A DNA stretch of 64,000 nt. Source: Amphiscolops sp. MND2022. Lineage: Eukaryota. The notes beneath the pieces are model-generated. The model ran no database searches, was not told the origin of the DNA, and saw only the letters and a list, made by a program, of their open reading frames with translations. Of this stretch, positions 33,602-45,112 are shown piece after piece. The stretch lies in the NCBI GenBank assembly GCA_964187785.1, contig OZ076409.1, positions 61,506,001 through 61,570,000 on the forward strand, written 5' to 3'. Within the stretch, counting starts at the first letter, position 1; each line of letters begins with the position of its first letter. The position numbers and the translations under genes were made by a program.

Positions 33602-34370
33602 CTTAGAAGAATACCAAATAAATGGTTGGCGTTACACTAGTACTTACAAAATCACTTCACCTTATTTACTCAGTAAGCTTGTGGCTTATAAAAAGTCCTA
33701 ATGCTGTCTCTCTACTCAACAGAGCAGTGACTTTAAAAAATTAAAACTCGCCGGTTTAAATTATCACCGGCTAAAACCATTTCTCATTTGGAGCTAATCA
33801 AAAAGCATTATCATTATGAAAGTGTAAAAGCTTACAATTTAGTCTGTAAATTTTATTACGAATTTTCTGATATGTATTAATGCTTTCTGATGTATTTTAT
33901 GAAGCTACTTTGCTCGAAGTCAAAATAAATCCTTCCAATTTACTGCTGAAGTAAATTAAGTAGTTATTTTACTGCTGGATTTAATTAAAGATGGAATAGA
34001 CACTGAGATGCCTGAAAAATTTTACTTAGTACTATTGTCCGTTCACGTGATATAATTCAACATAATTCCTTTCTATACTTTTCCGCTTTTCAGATAACTC
34101 ATTTACATACACTGCCTTGCACTTACTCACGCAACTCCCTTTGTTCGCACGTACACGCAAGGCACTTCCTTTCTAGTATTGCACGGAGTAGGCTTTGAGA
34201 CTTTCTTACTCATTTACAATCAATAATAGAATAGCCACCTGAAAGTAATTTTCACTATGCTACATAAGCTGAACTGACTAATATTGATAACGACTGAACA
34301 GTCCCTTGAAAAGAAAAGGGAACAAAAAGGAAATAGTAAATAGTAAAATCTATCCATGCGTGCGACAAAC

Positions 34371-34387
34371 TGGTGCGACCAGTGAGG
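34371..34387 (+). promoter_or_regulatory. Primer binding site of element B
   Basis: TGGTGCGACCAGTGAGG 3 nt after the LTR. Complement CCTCACTGGTCGCACCA is tRNA-3'-like (elongator Met or Ile-like; isotype uncertain). Confidence 0.65.
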
Positions 34388-35414
34388 CACCCTTCTCTCT
34401 CTTAGTAGAGAAGTAAATGAGCTATCTGTTAGAATCCCTACTCTCAGAAGTTAGGGTTAACTACCTATTTCTCTTAACATTACTTCTGATTTTCTTTTTT
34501 CTCCTACTGCCCCAATATGTGGCTTCCTTGGTCTTTATAAATCATAGAATTGCTAGTAAATACTCCAACAGAATCTCTCCAGCTTAACAGCTTTAGGAAG
34601 AGTCTGTGCACTGCTCAAATTAGTCCTCCCAATCCCCAAAAGGTTAGAGCTAACTTTTTTTTGCAGAAATTCTAGACTACATTCGGTCATAAAACAAGAA
34701 TGAAAATGCTTTCTAACACTGAATCTAAACCTACAGTTGGGATGTTCACTCAAGTCCAGACGGACACATATTAAGGAAAAGCCCGCCTAGGTCTCCTCGG
34801 AGGCTGATTGAAGGCCGTGAGCCCAGTGGGTGTCCCGGAACCTGTGTAGCATTCCAAGGTGGAAACCTAGAATTCTAAGAACTCTAGTGATAGTACCCTA
34901 GTGTTTGCATGATAGTGATCTTGGCCCCGCGCTACTTAATCCTCAGGACGAGAGTGACTGCCTCTGTTTGTTTGTTGTATTACTTCTACAAAAGCCATTG
35001 AAAGGCTAGACTAGCAAATTGAGTACCTTTTGGGACCGACTATACTTCCCACAATTTTTTTTGGGTTAAATTGGAGGATTGGTATACCCCGAACTGCCCT
35101 TTCTGTTAATCATTTAAAGTTAGCGGGATTTGTAAGTATCACCTATTATTTTGGGATTGAAGTATTAAACCCGGAGGACTAACGTCTCCTAAGCTGAGAG
35201 GTGAGATCTTAAAAACTTTTTTTTTTGCATTCTATTGAGTATATGCAAAGCCAGACCTGCCTAGATCTTATCATCTTTAGAACTCTAGCAAGAGCGTGTT
35301 TTACCTTAGTCGTTTGTGGTTATTTACAGAGACCTAGAGTATCCTACCTAATCGAATCTTTAATTTATTATTCGTTGCTACATTTTCTTTCTCTAATAAT
35401 TTCAACAGCTCACC

Positions 35415-36872
35415 ATGGCTGCGCAACATTACTTGGCTTATCCAGATCTCGGCCGAGACCAATTCACAGGAACCGACCCAGATCAAGATCCTGAACAATT
35501 TATACAGCTCATTGAAAAGAAGTTCCGGTTTTCTCATGGTGATACCCCAGCCAACGGACCAGCACTTGATGACTACAACTTCAGAAGAAAATCCTACTTT
35601 GCTACACTATTAAGAGGACCCGCAGCGGAGTGGTTGGAGACCAGCATCACAGACGCTAACACTTGGGCAGAAATCAGAGAAAGGTTCATCACACGATTCG
35701 CAGATGGCAGAAACAAATTTAGACACAGAATGGAAGCCGAACATGTCATCAGACGAGATGGAGAAGAAATAAAGAACTTCCTACACAGAATTAAAATAGT
35801 GGTTGGAAAAGGATGGCCAGATGACCTAGCCGGAGTCGCACAGAACAATAGAGACGCCGAAAGGACAGCTCAAGACAGACAAAGAAGACAGAGGTGCATT
35901 GACTACTCCCTGAGAGGCCTAAGACCTCCAAAGCTGAGAGAAAAGGCACACGAATATCTGATGGACCACCCGAATGCAACCTGGGAGCAATTTTCACAAG
36001 CAGTAATAAACAAAGACCTTTCTTACACTGTAACTACCGCCCTAACTGGCGGAGAGTCACACGCAGACCCACTCATACAAGAAATGCGAGACGACCTAAA
36101 GGGAATTAAACTACAAATAAAGGAACAGATGAACAATACTATCAACGCAGTAGAGAAAACAGTAGACCCTAATGCTACAGGACGAAGGATGGCCACTCGA
36201 TTCTGTGGCTACTGCAGAACAAATGGGCACACACCTAACTGGTGCAGAAAAAAGATGAGAGATGAGGAAGTCAAAAAGGTTCAAAACGAAGCGAATGCAG
36301 AGAGAAGAATAACATTCACCAACGATTACAATAAAAGAACGGGACCTGGGCACGGCTCAAGATTTCAGACAAGAATACCCGATTCAGAGATTCGGAAAAA
36401 TATGGAGGTTGCACATCAACTGGCACTTGCGGGAGCCATGCAAGCAACCCCTTCATGGAACCGAATTGACAGATCTCAGAACAGAAACTTTAACCCAGAA
36501 CGCAGATCTACAAAAACTAGATTCAGCTCCGGTAACCAGAGACTTTCGCAAGAGGTTAGAAGATCTTTTCCCAATAATTTTAACAGTCCCAGAAGCATTT
36601 CTCCAGGACCACAGAGAGCTAGATCTCCCTTTAACTTCAACAGAGACCGGCCTAACCCTTTTAGTCGCAACATACAACCCCTTCCACCAAGGAATAACTC
36701 AGTTTTTCAGAGACAACAACAAAACAGAAACGAAAGACCCAACACCCCTATTCAGTCTTACGAGCAAAGATTCCCAAAAACTAATGACATGGGAAGATCC
36801 AACACAGTACAATTCTTAGAAACTGACTACTCAGTGAATTCAGTAGCCGATTTTCGTCCTTTAAACTACTAA
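35415..36872 (+). CDS. gag: Gag (485 aa)
   Basis: Kozak CACCATGG; retrotransposon Gag helices (LLRGPAAEWL...WAEIRERFITRF); CCHC knuckle CGYCRTNGHTPNWC; intact. Confidence 0.9.
   Translation: MAAQHYLAYPDLGRDQFTGTDPDQDPEQFIQLIEKKFRFSHGDTPANGPALDDYNFRRKSYFATLLRGPAAEWLETSITDANTWAEIRERFITRFADGRNKFRHRMEAEHVIRRDGEEIKNFLHRIKIVVGKGWPDDLAGVAQNNRDAERTAQDRQRRQRCIDYSLRGLRPPKLREKAHEYLMDHPNATWEQFSQAVINKDLSYTVTTALTGGESHADPLIQEMRDDLKGIKLQIKEQMNNTINAVEKTVDPNATGRRMATRFCGYCRTNGHTPNWCRKKMRDEEVKKVQNEANAERRITFTNDYNKRTGPGHGSRFQTRIPDSEIRKNMEVAHQLALAGAMQATPSWNRIDRSQNRNFNPERRSTKTRFSSGNQRLSQEVRRSFPNNFNSPRSISPGPQRARSPFNFNRDRPNPFSRNIQPLPPRNNSVFQRQQQNRNERPNTPIQSYEQRFPKTNDMGRSNTVQFLETDYSVNSVADFRPLNY
36860..36866 (+). promoter_or_regulatory. 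-1 ribosomal frameshift slippery site T TTA AAC (gag-pol)
   Basis: Heptamer is in X XXY YYZ phase of gag, one codon before the gag stop; the -1 frame is the pol frame. Confidence 0.75.
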
Positions 36873-39800
36873 TGTCTCCGAAAAATAAAAGTAGCAGCAG
36901 TGCCCCACTAAAATTTAGTCTTAATCTTTATTATTTTGCTGCCGGAGACTCACAAAAAGATAGTGGCTTGGAAATCGAATTTCTACTTGACACTGGGGCA
37001 ACATCTTCAATCATCAACTATAGGACATTTAGAGAACTTTGCCAATTTCAACAAGACCTCGAACTCAGCAGGAGCAACAACACAACTCGGAACTACTCTG
37101 GTCAAATCATCCCTATGATGGGATACATTTCATTAAGACTCTATTATGACTCCGACGGCCAACATAACTTCCCTCTGACAGTCTGGATCACCGAGATGAA
37201 GACACAGGACCTTCTTGGAATGAATTTCTGCCAAGAGCAGATCAACAAAATACATTTCGACCTCCCCGGCAAAGAGCTCAAGAGACCTCTAAATACCTTC
37301 TGCTATGGTAGCCTTCAACTAAACAAAATATACCCCTATGTTTCGCAAATATTAACAGTCAAAATCCCTCACTCCATGTACATTGAGCCAAAAACAACAA
37401 GATGCTACAAATTTGCCTTCGAAAACGCGAAGAATTCCTTCCCTCCCGGATCTACATTCCTTCCAAACAGAAAGGCAGTTTCTACAGGACTCAACTTTAT
37501 AAACGTCCTTTGTACACGGTTTGAGAAGACCTTGCCAATTGTTATGGAAAACAACAAGAACCATACAATCACACTAGTTAAAGGAACTATTGGATACTCT
37601 ATGCTAGACGTCATTGACAAAGAAATCCCAAAATACCAGATTAGGAATCCTACCGAACTCACTTACACCATTTCAAGCGAAAATGAAGAATACAACGATT
37701 GTTTCTTACTACACGCTACTATCCCTTCACAAGATCTTAAAGATTGCATCAGAATAGAAGGAGGAAATTCTACAACAATACTCAACAGACCAGACTCTAT
37801 TATCATCTTTGTTCCGGCTGACCTAAAACCAGCCAAAGGCTTCTCTAAAGAAATTTTAACGAAAATACCTTCATTGAAAGACTCTTGCGCAAAACAGAAA
37901 CCTCAAAAAGGCGACACAATACCCTACTGGGATACAACTCTAAGGCGATTTATATACGTCCTAATCACTAAGGCTAAATCGAAAGACAAAATCGACCCAC
38001 AAATCTTAGCCCAATCGCTGGAAACACTAAAAGCCCACGCCAAATTGAATAATATCAAGACTGTTTCTATGTGACGAGAAGCCTCAGAACTAGAAGACTT
38101 TCAATGGCAAGATGTTACGCAAATTATTCAAGACGTCTTTGCCTATTCAGAAATGCAGCTCCGAATCTATACCAGAAACGAGCTAGATGTCTATGCAATG
38201 ACTACCAGAGGAGACCCTGAGTATGCATTAGAAGATGAAATACAACAATTTTAAGAAGAATTTCACTTAAAGCACAGAGAACTGGAAACTGACTTTACTA
38301 AAGATGCAAAGTCCTGCCAACCACCTTGTGACGAACAATTCAAGATATTTAGGCCCAAAGAAGACAACGAACGACTCATTGAATACTATCTTCAATATCA
38401 GAATAAAGAAGCAGTTCAATACATCAAAGAATTCGACTTTCGCTACTCGGACCTCACAGACGGAGAACTTGTTCTCCTCATAGACCTACTGATGGATGCT
38501 AGAGATGTATATTCACAACACAAGTTCGATGTTGGGAAAACTAGACAGAAATTCAACATTAAACTAGAACGGGGAGCAATTCTGAAGAGACAGAGACCTA
38601 GTAAAGTACCACTACACCTACGAGAAAAGTTAGAAAAACTACTAACACAACTCAAAGAGGCTGACTTCATAAGAGAGATGGGCGATGACGACGAAATGGG
38701 ATCTCTATTCGTAAACCCCATCATCTTACAACCAAAACATGATTACGTCAAGCTGATCATAGACGCAAGATACCTGAATTCAGTGACTGATCTAACAAAC
38801 TACTCCTGGCCCTTGGAACCAATCCAAACCATAATGACGCTCATCAACAGGAAAATATTCTCAGTAAGCGATCTCTCTTGCGCTTTTCACCAAGTCTCAC
38901 TAGACGAGCCCACACAGAAGCTCACTAGCTTCATAATTGGCGGTAAACAATATACATTTACCAGAGGATTCTACGGACTTAAAGGATTACCCAGCTTCTT
39001 CAGCTGTATGATGACAATCCATTTCGAACCCCTCATCAAGAAGAAACAAGCAATTACCTACATAGACGACACGTTAATGCAGGCCAAAAACAAACAAGAG
39101 ATGTTCACAGTGATCCAAGAATACCATTACCTACTACGGAAAGCAGGACTCAAGGCAGCGCCCGACAAAACACTATTCTTCTTGCGAAAAGTCAAGTTCC
39201 TGGGACATGTAATTGCAGCAGAAGGACTACAACCTGTAGCTAAACGAGTCAGGGATCTTCACAATCTTAAATCGCCAAAAACGAAAACTGAGGTAAAGAG
39301 CTTCCTAGGGGCTCTGGGATTTTATAGCTGTTACATCAAGAATCTACATGTCGACAGTCGACCGTTCTACGAGCTGACCAAGAAAGATACAAACTTTTGT
39401 TGGAAACAAGAACACGAAGACCTCTTCCTAGAAATAAAGAAGAGAATCAGCGAAGACACGGTTCTTGCAGTACCTTCAACGAAATACCCATTTCATATAC
39501 ACGTAGACTCGTCCAACGTAGGGACAGGATGTATACTCATACAACAATTTCCAGAAGGAAAACGGATCATCTCTTTCAATTCCAGAATTTTCGCAAAAGA
39601 AGAACAAAAGATGTCCACACTACATAGAGAACTATGTGGAATAGTCTCAGCACTACAAACATACGAGCACTATATCATTGGATCTCCCTTCCCGATCTAC
39701 CTATATTGTGACCATAAACCAATTCTTTATCTCTGGGGACGAAAAGGACAGGTTTCACCGCGATTCTTTAGGTACCAAGTGATTGTTTCCAAGTTTCCCA

Positions 39801-42349
39801 ATCTAAAGATAATATGGACGCCGGGAAGCAACCTAGCCTTCCCCGATATACTCAGCCAAAATGTCTCAATCGAAGAACACAAGAAACACCAACTTAGCCA
39901 CAAGATCCTACCCAACGACATACACTTCTTCGACGAGCACGGGACTCAAGTTCACTACAAAATCAAACACGAGGAAAACGACGAAACTTCAAAGAATGAC
40001 TTCTACCCTATATTGTACGAAAAGGGGGATGAACGGAAAATCCTTCACCTACAAAACGACGGTAATAACTCCACAGTTAACAATGTCTACGAGGAACCTA
40101 ACCTGCCGAAGATTGAATCGGCACAAAGTTGTTTTGACGCCGGAAAAGAAATCAGAAATTACGAAGAGCTACGAATCAGATCTGGCACGCAAGAAAGCAC
40201 CTCCGATATATCACAAAATACTTACAGCTCGGTTAACAGCGATGCTGACGACGAAGCCCCCGCAAATGATGAACTTCAAGAAGTGAACGAAACAAATTAT
40301 GGGCCTAATACGAGTTCCCCGACACTCAAACAATGTACCTCCAAAAATGATAAGGCAATAGAAAATTACGAGCTCCTTAAAACCACAGCAGGAAAACAAA
40401 AGACATCAACTCGAGAACTCATAGGCCAACTCGATAAGATTTCAAAGAAGCAGAGCTAAACGTCACAACAATTTCACAAGAACAAATTAATGACCCAGTC
40501 CTCAGCGTGGTCCGACAATGGATGAAGACAGGAAACAAGCCTACGCCAAAGTCACCAGAGTTACAACACTCGAAAGGCCTCATGCGCTACTTTCAGGAAT
40601 TCGACAGACTAACTATAGAAGAACAAGGAAACCTCCTCTGTTACAACGAGCCAACTGACGACCCGGCAGACGAAAATCTGAGAATCTGCCTACCTCTCTC
40701 TCTATTTCTAGCTTGCTTCCGAATGGGACATTACAATGACTTGGGCGGCCACATGGGAGCTGAAAAAACCTACCTAAATGCTAAAAGATTTTACTACTGG
40801 CCTGGAATGCACGACTGGATCTGTGCCCTCACACAGGATTGTGTTAGCTGCCAATCTAACAAATCGAAACAACGAAGTACCACTGGAAGACTGTGAAACC
40901 GAGACCCCAGTATTCAGAACAGTTCATATCGATCACAAGGGACCACTTAATCCTCCCAGTCGCGGAAATTCACACTGCCTTCTTATCATCGACGCCTTCT
41001 CACGTTACCTGATGGCATACCCAGTCAGAGACACAGGAGCACAATCTACAATCAACGCGATGGAAAAATGGATTATGCACTATGGCATCCCTCAATCTAT
41101 CATACACGATAGAGGAACAGCTTTCGTAAACACGGAATTTGTCAATTGGACTAAAGAGTTTGGCATCACACTGCGACCTAGGACTGCACACTCACCCTGG
41201 ACAAATGGCAAAGTCGAAACCCAAAATCAACATATTGCACGATACTGGAGAAATTTCTTAAACGAATCAGGAAACAACTGGGCCCAACTAGCAGCTAAAT
41301 TTGCATTCGCCCACAACACAAGCGTCAACTACACAACTGGAAAGACCCCCTACGAAATAGTGTTTTGCAACAAACCACAAATACCTATGAGTCTGAAGCT
41401 GGGACTCTATAGGAACAAAAACAAGAACTGCAGATCACAGTTCTGTCACGGATTACCTCCTCATTGCCATAGCGAAAACCAAGTCAAAAACGATTTACTA
41501 AATGGATTACTACGACCACAACTATCACAAAGCCTGTTGGAACGAGAAACAGACTTCAAAAAGGTCTACTCATCCACATACGAAAAGTGCAGAAAACAAA
41601 CAGCTCGATCACACGCCTACAGAAACAGGTTTAAACTCGGAAATCACCTCAACATCGGACAAAAGGTTCTGCTAGAAAACCATCGCAAGGATCTCTCCAA
41701 AAGCCAAAAACTTCAACAACTGCGATTAGGACCTTTTACGGTTACCAAGAGAATTACCAATACGACCTACCAAATAACAGAAGATAAAAACCCCGAGAAT
41801 CTCCGAACTGTACACAGGAATGATCTAATAGAATACTTTCCTAAAGAGGAAACACTCTCCCCTCTTATCGAAGAGTACACTACTCCCCACCGTGGAGACA
41901 CTGATTTTTATAATAATCTGATCAAGGGAAGAATTGAACAACTTAATGTTTCAGAGCCACAAACACCCGGAGATCTCTGCATATTGCCAGTACGGAATCA
42001 ACAAAACCAAATACCTGCCCGCAAAAGAACGCAACCCCCCCAGAGCACAGACTCTGGTATCATCTCTCCAGAAAATCAGTTGTCGACAACCCCAAAGACC
42101 CCCGATCAGCCTCCTACCTCACATCCTCGAGACACGGCAACCCCTATCCTGACGTAAACACAACGCCAACCAACACCCCCAACTAACACCCCGGCATCTT
42201 CTACCAAGTCCACGACTCCCTTACAAGAATTAAGAAGAGCAGTTGCCAGACAACTCGAAAGAAATCCACGTTATCAACGAGCACAGCCCAATCAACCAGC
42301 ACAACAGTCCGTCCTTCGCGAAAGGACTCGAATTGGTTACAAAGAATAA
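36872..42349 (+). pseudogene. pol: Pol: protease - (dUTPase-like?) - macrodomain - RT - RNase H - integrase; disabled
   Basis: LLDTGA; TYIDD; HVDSS...ELCG...YCDHKP; HYNDLGGH...CVSC; HIDHKGP, HDRG, GKVETQN. Stops at 38072, 38252 and 42155; frameshifts near 40430 and 40870; natural end LRERTRIGYKE* at 42349. Confidence 0.92.
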
Positions 42350-42356
42350 CCTTACC

Positions 42357-42743
42357 ATGCCATGCCATAAAGTATATCTAAATTTGTCCTGGCAAGTTCC
42401 ACGAGAACTTCAGTCCTTAGGCATTCTCAATGTAACAATCACAAAAATCTACTGGACCTACACAAACAAGCTAGTTAGGATTTGCTTCTACTCTAGAGAC
42501 CCAGACCCGAGCGATAATAAACAACCAACGCCCCGAAAATCAAACATACCTATACGCCCAGAATCTAAGACCTTTGCTCTTCTATATCAACACCTCGCAT
42601 ACTATGCAGTCACACACCACGACTCTATCCTAGAAGAACTCCTATCCTACATGCCTACCCTAATACCTGACCTACAACCTTCTCCACCTAATACTCAAAA
42701 GGACCTATTCTGCTGCTCCACTATCTCCTCACCTAGCTCCTAG
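42357..42743 (+). CDS. Accessory ORF B1 (128 aa, small-protein family)
   Basis: ATG 8 nt after the pol end; VYLNLSWQVP...ITKIYW...VRICF...IRPESKTFALLYQHLAYY. Confidence 0.55.
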   Translation: MPCHKVYLNLSWQVPRELQSLGILNVTITKIYWTYTNKLVRICFYSRDPDPSDNKQPTPRKSNIPIRPESKTFALLYQHLAYYAVTHHDSILEELLSYMPTLIPDLQPSPPNTQKDLFCCSTISSPSS

Positions 42744-42893
42744 CCGGCCGCAATTTCATGATGCAAGACTACTGTATATCTACATTATAATTATATTTGA
42801 TTATCCTTTGTGCAACCCCGTAGTATACTTTATGAAATAGCAGACGAAGACAGAAGCAAATAAAAACTGGTTGAGTGGAGTAGCCATAAAGGC

Positions 42894-43493
42894 CTACTCC
42901 AGCTCTACAAAGCCCCCCAAACTAGCCAACTTCTCTAGCTGGCTACGCCTCTCATCGTTGGTCCAGGCGGGCCACAGCCGACGAAACTGGCCCCTCTGAT
43001 ACGTAGTTAGACGCGAATACCCCAGGATATAACTCCTGAGCTGGAACAGGAGAACTTCCCCCTGCCCCGCCAGAAGTCTTGACTCCCAGGGTCGCCCATA
43101 CGACTGCAGCAAAAACGATGCAAAAGCATCCGAGATGGGGGCACGGACGACCATGTACCCCCGCACCCCCCTTGTGTCTCTATTAGTCTCCACCCATCCC
43201 TCTAGCCGCCTGACATCGCCCCAATCATATAGATCCATAAAGGTCTCTCTGTCGTAGTTGTTGAGATGACCCGGTATCAGCCTACCGGCCAGACGACTAA
43301 CAGGCGGAGCGGCAGAACTCACTGGTACTGATGTGTCCGGACGACTAGGCCCGGCCACAGACATTACTGAGGAAGACATAACAGCAGCAGACGGAGACGA
43401 GACGACGACAGTAGATGTAGTAGAGGCAGTAACGCCCGACGACCCACTAGGGGCAAGATTATTAGTATTATTGCTGCTCATTACTAAATGCAA
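42894..43493 (-). CDS. Antisense accessory ORF (Ser/Thr-rich N-terminus plus globular C-terminus)
   Basis: 199-codon open frame, GC-rich against the A-rich element; probable ATG at MSSNN. Confidence 0.55.
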   Translation of the reverse strand: MHLVMSSNNTNNLAPSGSSGVTASTTSTVVVSSPSAAVMSSSVMSVAGPSRPDTSVPVSSAAPPVSRLAGRLIPGHLNNYDRETFMDLYDWGDVRRLEGWVETNRDTRGVRGYMVVRAPISDAFASFLLQSYGRPWESRLLAGQGEVLLFQLRSYILGYSRLTTYQRGQFRRLWPAWTNDERRSQLEKLASLGGFVELE

Positions 43494-43755
43494 AGTAGCT
43501 ATTTATAAAGTCATGTAAACCTAAATAAATATATTGATTTAATACTATTACGTCTATACTTGCTTACCTAGTATTCCGAGATTCAATATATTATCTGTCC
43601 TTCATTTCTCGGTAACCAACCACGAACTCCTACGAAGTCGTGTTAATAATTTTTATTATATGACTGTTCTCAAACGCAATGAAAATAACTGATGATTCCA
43701 TTCTCAGATTTGCTATGTTTGATGAACAAAAACCACGAGGCAAAATCACACACAG

Positions 43756-43977
43756 ATGATCATAATCTTCAAGATCGACAACCGTCTTTCACAAATTACA
43801 GATATATAGAAGGAACCCTCAACACAGAACATCATCATACAAGCCTACGCAATAGCAGAAGAAGAAAGTGAAACCTACACGTGTGTGCCAGCTTCACCTA
43901 TCTACCCACTACTGGAGAGCTTGCTATATAACAACACCCCTACTGAAGTCTTCACTAGAGCCAAGTCAGTCATTTGA
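43756..43977 (+). pseudogene. Accessory ORF B2 (small-protein family) with internal TAG at 43807
   Basis: MIIIFKIDNRLSQITDI*KEPSTQNIIIQAY...TCVPASPIYPLLESLL; its TGA overlaps the next ATG (TGATG). Confidence 0.45.
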
Positions 43978-44372
43978 TGTCCTCTCCCGCAGTAGCTGTC
44001 TTCCGCGGAAATAATTACTACTTCCACACCCAATTTCAACCTCCTGTTCCTTGGACGCCCATACAACTCAAGGGCCAATACGAAATACAGTCAATCTTCT
44101 ACGAGATCACTACCTCTGCGATTCAAGTTCGTATCCTCACGCCAGAAGACAAAGAAGCTCTGGTCCTCTTCCTTATTCACTTCGGGTCCAAAGAATACGC
44201 CTACTTATTCCTTTCGTTTAGGCAGTACATACTCCAACACCCCGCTGTCCTCAAGGACAAGGCTTTCGACGACCTGGTTTATTTTATGGACATCACTCTC
44301 ACTTCCAACCCCTTCGAAGAAGAAGTTAGAATCAAATACCTTCACAGCCTAGTCGACACCTATGATGTTTAA
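43977..44372 (+). CDS. Accessory ORF B3 (small-protein family)
   Basis: EIQSIFY...IQVRI...IHFGSKEYAYLFLSFRQY; its end overlaps the start of the next ORF. Confidence 0.55.
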   Translation: MSSPAVAVFRGNNYYFHTQFQPPVPWTPIQLKGQYEIQSIFYEITTSAIQVRILTPEDKEALVLFLIHFGSKEYAYLFLSFRQYILQHPAVLKDKAFDDLVYFMDITLTSNPFEEEVRIKYLHSLVDTYDV

Positions 44373-44706
44373 GATTCAACTCAAATTTCTCTGGCGCCAC
44401 CCTGAAACGAACACCCTCTTAGAAATTCTCTCTATCGCTTGGAAGGACAGCGCTCCTGTGATCCAAATAGAAATCCATAGTCTTCGACCACACCAACCGG
44501 GTCACTGGCTCATCCCGGTAGACACCGACTCACAAGAAGCTGCCGCTCTCGCACAATCCCTCAAGGAATACAGACAGATAGCATACTTAAATCACAATCA
44601 CCCTCTTACACTCTTCCTCCTCAACAAACTCATCGACTTCATCGACTCGAGAAGAAAAAACAAACCCTCTCCCAGTCTGCAATTCATCAGTGACAATTAC
44701 AGCTAA
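44362..44706 (+). CDS. Accessory ORF B4 (small-protein family)
   Basis: IQLKFLWRHP...ILSIAW...IQIEI...VDTDSQEAAALAQSLKEY. Confidence 0.55.
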   Translation: MMFKIQLKFLWRHPETNTLLEILSIAWKDSAPVIQIEIHSLRPHQPGHWLIPVDTDSQEAAALAQSLKEYRQIAYLNHNHPLTLFLLNKLIDFIDSRRKNKPSPSLQFISDNYS

Positions 44707-44766
44707 ATCTTCACAAATAGTTGAAGTTAGTCTCTTTCAAATACTCTTCATAGGCACTCTTTTTCT

Positions 44767-45054
44767 AACAGTAGTGAGGTTACTACTATAAAATTTTAGC
44801 CTCCGCTTAGCGGAGTGCCTGCTAAGCTGCCGGTTTGATATTACGGTCTGCTTTTTTACGGTCTTACTCCTGGATCCATTACCTTAACTACAACTAAAAG
44901 AATAACAGACTTCTCTTTTTCTTAGGTACGTGTGAACCGTGTGAACAGTAGTGAGGTTACTACTATAAAATTTTAACCTCCGCTTAGTGTTGTACCAGCT
45001 AAGCTGCCGGTTTGATATTACGGCTTACCTTTTTACGGCCTTACAACGGATCCA
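44767..45054 (+). other. Two ~112-nt copies of a structured (pseudoknot-like) RNA element upstream of env
   Basis: Copies at 44767-44878 and 44944-45054; stems conserved, loop of hairpin 2 diverged. Confidence 0.6.
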
Positions 45055-45112
45055 CATCTTCGAATAAAAGATTTCACCTGATTGATTTTGCGAAGACTGC
45101 AAAATTTCAAAA

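Larger units (their letters stand above)
31941..34367 (+). repeat. 5' LTR of element B (2427 bp)
   Basis: Direct repeat of 48802-51321; contains ~130-bp U3 duplications (32008-32290). Confidence 0.95.

Noticed and set aside
44767..45054. Hammerhead ribozyme
   Set aside because: No CUGANGA/GAAA core on either strand.
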